Source of the DNA: Candidatus Magasanikbacteria bacterium CG10_big_fil_rev_8_21_14_0_10_36_32
GTDB taxonomy: Bacteria; Patescibacteriota; Patescibacteriia; Magasanikbacterales; GWA2-37-8
Assembly (NCBI GenBank): GCA_002778465.1
Contig: PFBV01000003.1
Span: 239,766 to 303,765 of the forward strand
Direction of reading: 5' to 3'
DNA length: 64,000 nucleotides
Under the pieces are notes generated by a model. It was not told the origin of the DNA and ran no database searches. It was given only the letters and a program-made list of their open reading frames with translations. A program made the position numbers and the translations under genes. Shown in pieces: positions 49,907 to 58,730 of this stretch. Each line of letters starts with the position of its first letter. Position 1 is the first letter of the stretch.

Positions 49907-51577
49907 ATGAGCCGTCGTCAGAATTGGCGAACAATATTGAGAAAAGGTTTTGTTTTGCCAAAAATTGATAGAGATACCAGTTTTCCTTATTTAGTTAGTC
50001 TTGTCAGAAAAGCGGTACAAGATCATTTGTTGCAGTCAAAATCAATTCGTTCTTATCTTGCCTATTTACCAAAAGGACCAGGAACTTATTGTCCCAACTC
50101 AAAAGTCTCGGTTTTGCAAGAATATATTTCCAGTCAAAATAGTGAAATAGATAGAAGTGATCCGGTAGTTTTTGCAGCTTTTATGTTGAAGATTATTGTT
50201 CCAACCGTTGATTTTGGACACCAACAAGTTTTGTCAGCTGTTAAAATGATTGATGATATTAATCCGGCGGAAAAAACAATTCTTCGTACCAGTGCGATTA
50301 TTGCCCAATCGGTTAATCGTTTGTGGTTGAAATGGTTTGCAGCGGTAGTATTGCCGTTTCAAAAGATGACTTTACTTGAGCGTCAAAATCTTGAATCCAG
50401 AGCTGTTGGATATTTGCCAAAACCTGATTATACAGTTTTTGATTATGACTCCGACACAGAGTCTTTCAGCAACAGGAAAACTTGGGCGGAAGCGTTTCCG
50501 CGTGAAATAGATATTATTTGTCGCAGATTAAAGATTTTTAAGTGGAGCAAGATTAATTCTAAGCAAGGTTCTGTTTTTCCGGCTTATTTTAAAGCTTTGG
50601 GTCGCGCTTATGGATGTAAAAAAATAAATCAACTCAAAAAGTATTGGGAAAAAGTTGATCAGCTTTGGTTTAAAATTAATAAGGAAAGCAGAATTCTCCC
50701 TGTTCATAATATGATGTATGGCTATGAACATCCTTTCTGTGTCAGTCCGGAATTTCGTTTGGAAATTAGAGTTTCAAATGAAAATATTATTTTTGGAGAT
50801 ATTCGAATGGCAGTGGAATCGTGTGTTAAATCATTGATTGACACAGAATGTCTAAAAATAAATAATTCAATCTTAGCGTTGCAAAAAATTGAAGTAGGAA
50901 TGTTTGAGTGTGCTATTCAATCTGGCGCAGCGATTAATTCTCCCAATGGCGGAGAGATGATTTCAAATTCAAAAAAAGAAGGTGGAAAAATATTATTGGC
51001 GCATTCTATGTTGCAGTCGACCGGTATCTATTTTGCAAGAGAAATTCGCAGAAATTGTACTTTCAGAACTAAAAAGAATTTACAAGATTGCTTTCATCAA
51101 AATGCTATTTTGTATTATTATTTAGGTCATGAATTTGGTCATTTGATTTGCGGTGCTCAAGACATAAAACTTGAAGAGGCTAAAGCCAGCGCAATTAGTA
51201 TTTTAGCCAATGAATATATGGAAGATACTCCTGAAAAACGCCTAAGTTTGGTGGCAGTAGCGTTAGGAGATGTTTTAAGTATTTTAAACAAATCAGCGCT
51301 TAATGAATTAACAACGGATGATTATACTCGGGAATGTCTTATGTTAGCCAATACCCTCTTTCGCTCCGGTGTCATTAAATTGACCAAGCGAGGCATAAGA
51401 GTTAATTTGGAACAGGCTAGAAGCCGGGCGTGGTTTGAACAGTTAGAAGAATTCGTTTATGAACTTTTGTTGGCATATCGTGATAATGACAAAGTAAATT
51501 TGGAACGGTTGACTAAGCGTTATTGCAGAAAAATCGGGCCGGTGGCCGAATTGATAGATTGGATTAATCGGGAATAG
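49907..51577 (+). CDS. zincin metallopeptidase-like protein (M49/CiaB-like), stand-alone unit
   Basis: GHEFGH followed by EEAKA. Confidence 0.65.
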   Translation: MSRRQNWRTILRKGFVLPKIDRDTSFPYLVSLVRKAVQDHLLQSKSIRSYLAYLPKGPGTYCPNSKVSVLQEYISSQNSEIDRSDPVVFAAFMLKIIVPTVDFGHQQVLSAVKMIDDINPAEKTILRTSAIIAQSVNRLWLKWFAAVVLPFQKMTLLERQNLESRAVGYLPKPDYTVFDYDSDTESFSNRKTWAEAFPREIDIICRRLKIFKWSKINSKQGSVFPAYFKALGRAYGCKKINQLKKYWEKVDQLWFKINKESRILPVHNMMYGYEHPFCVSPEFRLEIRVSNENIIFGDIRMAVESCVKSLIDTECLKINNSILALQKIEVGMFECAIQSGAAINSPNGGEMISNSKKEGGKILLAHSMLQSTGIYFAREIRRNCTFRTKKNLQDCFHQNAILYYYLGHEFGHLICGAQDIKLEEAKASAISILANEYMEDTPEKRLSLVAVALGDVLSILNKSALNELTTDDYTRECLMLANTLFRSGVIKLTKRGIRVNLEQARSRAWFEQLEEFVYELLLAYRDNDKVNLERLTKRYCRKIGPVAELIDWINRE

Positions 51578-51614
51578 AAAAACCCCTTGGACTTTTTGTC
51601 GAGGGGTTATTTTT

Positions 51615-51836
51615 TTAGTTAATTTTAATTGTTTTATTTTTTCCGTTTAATCCTTTTATTATTTCAATTTTTGTTTTTGGCGTGTTGTATTCCCTACTTA
51701 AAAATTTTATAAGTTCCCGGTTGGCTTTGCCGTCAACCGGCGGTGCTTTTAATTTTATTTTTATTGTTCCGTCCGCCACTGGTCCAATAATTTCGTTTTT
51801 TGAAGCGCGCGGAGAAACTCTTACTCTAAGTAACAT
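51615..51836 (-). CDS. DUF167/YggU family protein
   Basis: V.PRAS, APPVDGKAN.EL, I.KG....K. Confidence 0.92.
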   Translation of the reverse strand: MLLRVRVSPRASKNEIIGPVADGTIKIKLKAPPVDGKANRELIKFLSREYNTPKTKIEIIKGLNGKNKTIKIN

Positions 51837-52671
51837 ATTTTTTTCTAATGTTTTTTAAAATTTTTAAATCGTCAGTTACTTGATCTGGTTCGGTTTCTAA
51901 AATGAAGTTGGTGTTTTTTAAGCGGTGATCGGATAAAAGTGATTGAAAACCATTTGTTCCAATCATCCCCTCTCCGATATGAGCATGGCGGTCGTGATGG
52001 GAGTTAAATTCTGTTTTAGAATCATTACAATGGGACATTTTTAAATTTTTTAAACCGACAATTTTATTAAATTTATCCAAAGTATTTTTTACAGCTTTTG
52101 GATCACGAATATCATAACCGGAAGCAAAACCATGTTGAGTATCATAACAAACCCCAATTTTATATTTTTTTAATTTAGGATGATGGATTATTTTGGCAAT
52201 TTCTTCAAAAGTATCGCCAATAATTTTACCTGAACCGGCTGAAATCTCAATTAAAAATTGTGTTTTACCTTTATAATTTTTTAATGTTTCATTTAAAGCG
52301 GCGATAGTTTGTGTCATGCCTTTGGTTTCTCCTAAATCTTTAAAACTGCCAATGTGCGTCATTAAATATTTGGCACCCAACAAAGACGCTCTTTCTAATT
52401 CTTCCCGGACAACATGAATGGAAGTGTGTTTAATTCGTGGGTTGGCTGAGGCAAAATTAATAAAATATGGCGCATGAATATACCACTCACGTTGTTTTGT
52501 TTTTTTACAATTAGCTTTGAATTCGGCGGCAATTTTTTTATTTAACGGAGCAACATAGCCACCTTGTGGCGAACGTGTAAAAAATTGAAAAACTTCGCAG
52601 CCAATCAAGTTAGCATTCAATGGAGCGTTAACTATTCCACCGGCAATAGATACATGAGCGCCAAAATACAT
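51826..52671 (-). CDS. nfo: endonuclease IV
   Basis: GAHVSIAGG, HAPYFIN, DTQH, HCNDSK, DRHAHIG, LETE. Confidence 0.95.
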   Translation of the reverse strand: MYFGAHVSIAGGIVNAPLNANLIGCEVFQFFTRSPQGGYVAPLNKKIAAEFKANCKKTKQREWYIHAPYFINFASANPRIKHTSIHVVREELERASLLGAKYLMTHIGSFKDLGETKGMTQTIAALNETLKNYKGKTQFLIEISAGSGKIIGDTFEEIAKIIHHPKLKKYKIGVCYDTQHGFASGYDIRDPKAVKNTLDKFNKIVGLKNLKMSHCNDSKTEFNSHHDRHAHIGEGMIGTNGFQSLLSDHRLKNTNFILETEPDQVTDDLKILKNIRKKYVT

Positions 52672-52825
52672 AGTAATTAACAATAAATTAAAATAAGCAG
52701 ATTAAGCCATAATAAAAGTTATTTGAATTATAACTTAATTTGCGAATATTGACAAAACTTTTAAAATATGTTATAAAAATATTGTTCTTTTAAAAAAATA
52801 AATATCAACAAAAAAGGATATAGAA

Positions 52826-52954
52826 ATGTCAATAAAAAAAGGGCTCGAAGATTTTCGTGCGGGTCGCATTGTTGGTCCTTTGACACTGGATGATTTGCTG
52901 TTGCCCAAAGAAGAAGATGATTCTGATGAGCAAGAAGAACAAGAAAAAAAGTGA
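52826..52954 (+). CDS. small protein (42 aa) MSIKKGLEDFRAGRIVGP..., stand-alone unit
   Basis: TTGACA 52749, TGTTCTTT 52783, AAGGA, ATG 52826. Confidence 0.55.
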   Translation: MSIKKGLEDFRAGRIVGPLTLDDLLLPKEEDDSDEQEEQEKK

Positions 52955-53081
52955 TCGCCTTACAATGGAAGAGTTGTCTGAAGGCACTCAACCTTTGGAT
53001 CTAATTAAAAATCATAAACCTGTATGGTTGCCGAAACTTGGTGATATAATAAAGAAATCGGAATCACGCACAGGCTCTTAA
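52926..53081 (+). CDS. small protein (51 aa) or +1-frame continuation of 52826 ORF
   Basis: stop followed by TGTTCTTT 53086 and terminator 53100-53127. Confidence 0.5.
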   Translation: MSKKNKKKSDRLTMEELSEGTQPLDLIKNHKPVWLPKLGDIIKKSESRTGS

Positions 53082-53180
53082 ATATTGTTCTTTCAAATTA
53101 TGACCCCAACATTACGTCGGGGTCATTTTATATTTTTATAAAACTAAAAACAGGCCTAACGGCCTGTTTTTAGTTTTGTA

Positions 53181-54461
53181 TTATTTTATCACTTTACTTT
53201 TTAATAATTCCATTACTTTCCGATTCTGAATCATGGTGGCGATGGTTGATAAAACATCGGCTCGTTTTAAGTTTTCTTCAACTTTTGGATCGTCAGCATA
53301 AGTTTTTTTAATCAAATCAATTTCTTTGTCTATATCTTCTTGGGTGGCAATAATGTTGTTATTTAAAGCAATTTGCCGTGTTGCCAATAGGGCTTTGACC
53401 CGCTTTATTGCTTGCTCGGCAAAATCATCAGAAATTTGTTCCTCGGTTTTTTTTATATTTTTCAAATAATCTTCCATGGAAATTCCACGATGTTCCAAAT
53501 CATGTTTGAGTTCGTGGAACATTTTTTGTTTTTCTGATTTAACTAAAATTTCTGGAATTTCTTCATATTCGCTTTTTGTAAGTAATTGTTCAAGAATATC
53601 CATTTCAGTTCTCTGTTCCTCTTTCATCTCTGCTTCTTTGGACAAGTTTGTTTTTAGTAGTTCTTGAAGTTTGGACAAACTTTCTATGCCAAGTTTTTTA
53701 GCAAATTCATCGTTAACCTCTGGATATTCCAAAGAAAAAACATCTTTAATTTTAACTTTGAAATCAACATTTTTTCCAGCTAAATGTTTTTGATAATGTT
53801 CTTTTGGAAAAGGCAACATAAATTCTTTTTCATCATCTTTTTTTAAACCGATAATTTGTTCTGCTAAACCAGGTATATAATGTTCTTCACTTAAATAAAT
53901 CTGATGATCTTTTGCTTGTCCGCCTTCTACTGCCACTTTATCAATAAACATATCCATATTAATTACCGCCTTATCATTTTTGGTGGCCGTTTCATTTTTT
54001 ACGGTTTCTTTAATTTGCATTTTTTTTAAACTTTCAATTATATCCTCAATTTGTTTTTGTGTCACTTCAATTTTTTTTGATTCAATTTTTATTTTTGATA
54101 AGTCGGCTAGTTTTATTTTTGGGAAAAGAGCAACTTTTGCTTTGTAAACAATGTCATTGCCTGGCGCCATTTTTTCTATAGTAACCAAAGGCATGCCGAC
54201 AGTTTCTAATTTTTCAGCTTGAACAGCTTTGTAAAAACCGGCTTGGATTATTTGTTCTAAAGCCTCTTCCATGATTTTAATTTCTCCAACTTGGCTTTTG
54301 ACAATATCATAAGGTGCTTTTCCTGGACGGAAGCCTTTGATGGCGGCGCGTTCCGATAAGCGTTCGGCAGCACTATCCATTTCTTTTTGATAGTCAGCCG
54401 GGGATACTGTAATAGTAAATTCTACTTCGGATTGGCTGATTTTTTTAAGTTCATGTGACAT
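53181..54461 (-). CDS. tig: trigger factor
   Basis: GFRPGKAP, YIPG, FPKEY...LAGK. Confidence 0.97.
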   Translation of the reverse strand: MSHELKKISQSEVEFTITVSPADYQKEMDSAAERLSERAAIKGFRPGKAPYDIVKSQVGEIKIMEEALEQIIQAGFYKAVQAEKLETVGMPLVTIEKMAPGNDIVYKAKVALFPKIKLADLSKIKIESKKIEVTQKQIEDIIESLKKMQIKETVKNETATKNDKAVINMDMFIDKVAVEGGQAKDHQIYLSEEHYIPGLAEQIIGLKKDDEKEFMLPFPKEHYQKHLAGKNVDFKVKIKDVFSLEYPEVNDEFAKKLGIESLSKLQELLKTNLSKEAEMKEEQRTEMDILEQLLTKSEYEEIPEILVKSEKQKMFHELKHDLEHRGISMEDYLKNIKKTEEQISDDFAEQAIKRVKALLATRQIALNNNIIATQEDIDKEIDLIKKTYADDPKVEENLKRADVLSTIATMIQNRKVMELLKSKVIK

Positions 54462-54603
54462 ATGTTTTTTAAATTAAATTTTAATTACAGAGAGAGTTTA
54501 AACAAAAAAATAAAAAAAGTCAAGAGAATACTTGTGTTGGGAATAAAAAACCCCGCAAAAAGCGGGGTTGGAGGAGCTTTGTTTTAAAAAATTATTGGCA
54601 TGG

Positions 54604-54819
54604 TTATGGTTTTGTCGGAAAAAAGTTATATCTGGTGTCGCAGACGACACACTCCCAGAATTTTATATTTTCTCCGGTGATTTTGTTAAAAAGATTGCCT
54701 CGCTGCAAACGAATGCACTTCTTGCATTTGGGGCACCAACCTTGTTCTATGACGAGATATATTACAGTTTCTTCTGCTGTTGTTGTTTTAAAGGACGAGG
54801 GGATGTTTGGTTTGGACAT
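54604..54819 (-). CDS. small zinc-ribbon protein, stand-alone unit
   Basis: CPKC...CVVC; TTGACA 54894-54889, AGGAG, ATG 54819; terminator 54545-54569. Confidence 0.75.
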   Translation of the reverse strand: MSKPNIPSSFKTTTAEETVIYLVIEQGWCPKCKKCIRLQRGNLFNKITGENIKFWECVVCDTRYNFFPTKP

Positions 54820-54969
54820 TGAAACTCCTTTGTTGTGTGGTTTCCAATGATAAGAAACCAATTTCAAAGTACCCCCTTTTTTTATTTTTGTCAAGGGAAT
54901 TTAAGGGGACAAAAAAAGACGCTCTTTAGATAACTGTTAGAGCGTCTTTTTTATTTTGATATAATAGTT

Positions 54970-56964
54970 TTAGAGCAACCAGCCAACAATTAATAATGCT
55001 ACAATATTGGCAACTTTAATCATTGGATTTATTGCCGGACCGGCAGTATCTTTATAAGGATCACCAACAGTATCTCCTGTTACTGCGGCTTGATGAGCAA
55101 AGGAACCTTTGCCACCATGATTACCCTCTTCTATGAATTTTTTTGCATTGTCCCAAGCGCCACCACCAGTAGTCATTGAAATAGCAATAAATAATCCAGT
55201 AACAATAGTGCCAACTAACAAACCGCCCAAAGCTTGAATACCAAGAATAAATCCTACTAAAATTGGGGCAAGAACCGGAATCATGGCCGGTAAAATCATT
55301 TGTTCAAGAGCGCCTTTGGTGACTATATCAACAGCTTTGGCATAATCTGGTTTATTAGTACCTTCCATTATTCCAGGAATTTCTCTAAATTGTCGTCGTA
55401 CTTCTTCAACTACTTTTCCAGCAACTTTTCCAACCGACTCCATTAATAATCCGCCAAAGAAATAAGGCAGCAGACCGCCAATAAATAAACCAACCAAGAC
55501 TTTTGGATCATTGATTAAGAATTGGGTTGATTCTGGAAGTTTGTGAGTAAAATCAGCAAATAATACTAAAGCAGCCAAACCAGCTGAAGCAATAGCATAT
55601 CCTTTTGTAACAGCCTTAGTGGTGTTACCGACTGAATCCAACGGATCAGTGATGTCCCGAACTTCTTTGGGCAGTTCAGCCATTTCGGCAATTCCACCGG
55701 CGTTGTCGGTGATTGGTCCGTAAGCGTCAATAGTGACGATTATTCCAGTTAAAGAAAGCATGGCGACGGCTGCAATAGCAACCCCAAACAAACCAGCTAA
55801 CCAATAAGAAGCCAAAATAGCAGCGACTATTGCCAAGACCGGCAAGGCGGTTGCTTTCATAGAAATAGCTAAACCGGAAATAATATTTGTGCCATGTCCT
55901 GTAGTAGAGGCTTTAGCGATAGCTTTAACAGGGCCATATTTTTGGGAGGTATAATATTCAGTAACCAAAACCATAATACCGGTTAAAATAAGACCAATGA
56001 CAGCAGTGATAAAAAGATTGAATGATTTAATTTCGTCTAATCCCGAAGCTAGCCATTTGGTAGCTGGGTAAAAGCCAACCAAAGCTAATATACCAGCGGC
56101 CATTAATCCTTTGTATAAAGATTTCATTATTTTTTTATCTTCACCCAAGCGGATAAATAAAGTTCCAAGTATGCAAGCAATCATAGAAATACCGCCCAAA
56201 ACTAACGGGAAAATAAGAATTTTAATATTTCCTGGAAAAAGCAAACTAGCAAGAACCATAGCGGCGATTGCTGTGACGGCATAAGTTTCAAATAGGTCGG
56301 CGGCCATTCCTGCGCAGTCACTGACACTGTCGCCGGTGTTATCGGCAATGACAGCTGGATTACGCGGATCATCTTCAGGAATTCCTTTTTCAACTTTGCC
56401 AACCAAGTCTGCTCCGACATCAGCGGCTTTGGTAAAAATACCACCGCCAATACGAGCAAAGACAGAAATTAAACTGGCACCGAATCCGAGACCAATTAAA
56501 GCAAAAACATCATTAGTTAATAAAAAGAAACCAGCTACTCCCAACAGGGCTAAACCGGCAACCAACAAACCCGTGATTGAACCTCCGCGAACAGCTACAT
56601 TAAGTGCTTCTTTTAAACCTTTTCGGGCTGCTTCAGTTGTGCGGACATTGGCTCTGACTGAAATATTCATACCAATAATACCGGCTGCTCCTGACAAAAC
56701 GGCTCCAGACAAAAAACCGAACGCAGTTATCCAATCCATGCCAAATCCTATAATAAAGAAAATTACAGCCGCGACTATGGCAATAGTTTTGTATTGTCGT
56801 CCCAAATAAGCTTTGGAACTTTCTTGAATGGCACGAGCAATCGCCTGCATTCGCTCGTCGCCGGCCGGCTGTTTCATTATCCATTTAATAAGGATAATTC
56901 CATAGATAACCGCCAATAAAGCTGGTACTATGGCAAAAATGGTGATAATTAGACTGGGTGTCAT
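54970..56964 (-). CDS. hppA: membrane H+-translocating pyrophosphatase (K+-independent type)
   Basis: [42 protein letters not shown]. Confidence 0.95.
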   Translation of the reverse strand: MTPSLIITIFAIVPALLAVIYGIILIKWIMKQPAGDERMQAIARAIQESSKAYLGRQYKTIAIVAAVIFFIIGFGMDWITAFGFLSGAVLSGAAGIIGMNISVRANVRTTEAARKGLKEALNVAVRGGSITGLLVAGLALLGVAGFFLLTNDVFALIGLGFGASLISVFARIGGGIFTKAADVGADLVGKVEKGIPEDDPRNPAVIADNTGDSVSDCAGMAADLFETYAVTAIAAMVLASLLFPGNIKILIFPLVLGGISMIACILGTLFIRLGEDKKIMKSLYKGLMAAGILALVGFYPATKWLASGLDEIKSFNLFITAVIGLILTGIMVLVTEYYTSQKYGPVKAIAKASTTGHGTNIISGLAISMKATALPVLAIVAAILASYWLAGLFGVAIAAVAMLSLTGIIVTIDAYGPITDNAGGIAEMAELPKEVRDITDPLDSVGNTTKAVTKGYAIASAGLAALVLFADFTHKLPESTQFLINDPKVLVGLFIGGLLPYFFGGLLMESVGKVAGKVVEEVRRQFREIPGIMEGTNKPDYAKAVDIVTKGALEQMILPAMIPVLAPILVGFILGIQALGGLLVGTIVTGLFIAISMTTGGGAWDNAKKFIEEGNHGGKGSFAHQAAVTGDTVGDPYKDTAGPAINPMIKVANIVALLIVGWLL

Positions 56965-57187
56965 AATTATTATTTTAATTTAAATTAAATTATTTTGTTT
57001 ATTACCTAAAGTAAGGGGGTTTACTTTATTCGATAAATATAATAACCTAAAAGGACAAAACAGTCAAGAAATTAAAACGTGCCTTGCAGGGAGATTTTTA
57101 ACGACCATGTCTTTTGCAATGGTATTTTTTAAATAAAATAATTCATTGTTTGTGAGAGAAATTAATTTGAAAAAGTCTTAATGGGGT

Positions 57188-58504
57188 ATGAAATACAGGG
57201 TTTTATTGAATTTTTTGTATTCTTTAGTCTATATTAAACGATTATTTTGGTGGACAGGACAAAGAATAAACAAGCTGTTTGCCAAGATGTTTAAAGGTTT
57301 TTGGCGTGTTTTTGCTTTTATTCATTATAAAATAGATTATTTTTTTCGCCGAGCTGGTTGGAGTAAAGACAAGATTTGGTGGTTAAAACGCGATAATTTA
57401 CAGATAGTATTGTTGTTGTTATTGCTTTTGGCCGCTTTGCCGCAAACAAAATTATTTGTTCGTCCGGAAAGTTATGTTGTTGGACACGAAAGTATTGCTT
57501 ATAATTTGCTTGGACAAGGGGAAGAGTATGGTTTAGAAGAATTATCTCCCGCTCCAGTTGAATTACCACAGACTGTTTCTCCTTGGCGGTCAGGTACGGT
57601 TAGCAATAAAACCGTGTTGGTCAAAACTGATGAATTAATCAATCAAGAATTGGGCACAGTAGTGGTTGGTGGTTTGGCGACTACTAAGCCGATAATTATT
57701 CCTGGGGCTTTGGTGGCCGGTTCAGAAAGAAGATTTATTATGGAATATGCGGTTGCACCAGGTGATTCGTTGAGTAGTATTGCTTATAAATTTGGTATTA
57801 GTGTGGAGACAATTATGTGGGAAAATAAATTGACCGCTTATTCGGTAATTCGTCCTGGAGATAAATTAAATATTCCACCGACCACCGGCATAATGCATCA
57901 AATTAAAAAAGGAGATACATTACCAAAAATTGCTAAATTATATAATGCAAAAGTGGAAGATATTGTTAAATTTAATGTGCTTAAAGAAAGTGGGACTGAT
58001 TTGGTGGTGGGAGAAAAGATTATGATTCCTAATGGTGTAAAAGTACAGGTTCAGTATGTTTCTACGCCAAGCAAAACAAGTTCGGTTAGTCGGCTGGTAG
58101 TGCCATCGGCATCAACTCAAGCAAAAAGTGCTTCCGGTTTTATTTGGCCGAGTGCTTCAAGAATAATAACTCAATATTATGGTTGGCTCCATCATGCTAT
58201 TGATATTGGTGGGAAAATGGGTACGGCTATTTATGCGGCTAAGGCCGGTACAGTTGAAGTATCGCAGTGTGGTTGGAATAGTGGTTATGGTTGTTATATT
58301 ATTATTAATCATGGTAATGGAGTAAAAACTTTATATGGCCACCATTCAAGACTGCTGGTTTCAGTTGGTGATTATGTTACTACAGGACAAACCATTGGTT
58401 TGATGGGAAATACCGGTAAAGTTCGCGGTCCGACAGGTGTTCATTTGCATTTTGAAGTAAGAATAAATGGTAGTTTATATAATCCGTTAAGTTATGTTAG
58501 GTAG
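57188..58504 (+). CDS. LysM + M23 peptidase
   Basis: two LysM repeats, HHAID, YGH, HLHFEV. Confidence 0.93.
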   Translation: MKYRVLLNFLYSLVYIKRLFWWTGQRINKLFAKMFKGFWRVFAFIHYKIDYFFRRAGWSKDKIWWLKRDNLQIVLLLLLLLAALPQTKLFVRPESYVVGHESIAYNLLGQGEEYGLEELSPAPVELPQTVSPWRSGTVSNKTVLVKTDELINQELGTVVVGGLATTKPIIIPGALVAGSERRFIMEYAVAPGDSLSSIAYKFGISVETIMWENKLTAYSVIRPGDKLNIPPTTGIMHQIKKGDTLPKIAKLYNAKVEDIVKFNVLKESGTDLVVGEKIMIPNGVKVQVQYVSTPSKTSSVSRLVVPSASTQAKSASGFIWPSASRIITQYYGWLHHAIDIGGKMGTAIYAAKAGTVEVSQCGWNSGYGCYIIINHGNGVKTLYGHHSRLLVSVGDYVTTGQTIGLMGNTGKVRGPTGVHLHFEVRINGSLYNPLSYVR

Positions 58505-58552
58505 TCAGCTCTTGAAATAAACATAATTTTTTGTTAAGATGTTGACTGTTAT

Positions 58553-58624
58553 GGTACCGTAGCCAAGCAGTAAGGCAGAGGTCTGCAAAACCTTTATGCG
58601 CGGGTGCAATTCCCGCCGGTACCT
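58553..58624 (+). tRNA. tRNA-Cys(GCA)
   Basis: cloverleaf, anticodon loop CTGCAAA, U discriminator; atypical T-loop TGCAATT. Confidence 0.9.
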
Positions 58625-58730
58625 CAAAAACAATTCATTCGGAATTGTTTTTTATTATCTATATATAATAAAAATATTTTTCTTGCGCAAATAGGTTAAT
58701 TTAGAGTAAAATGATAGTAACTTTAATATT

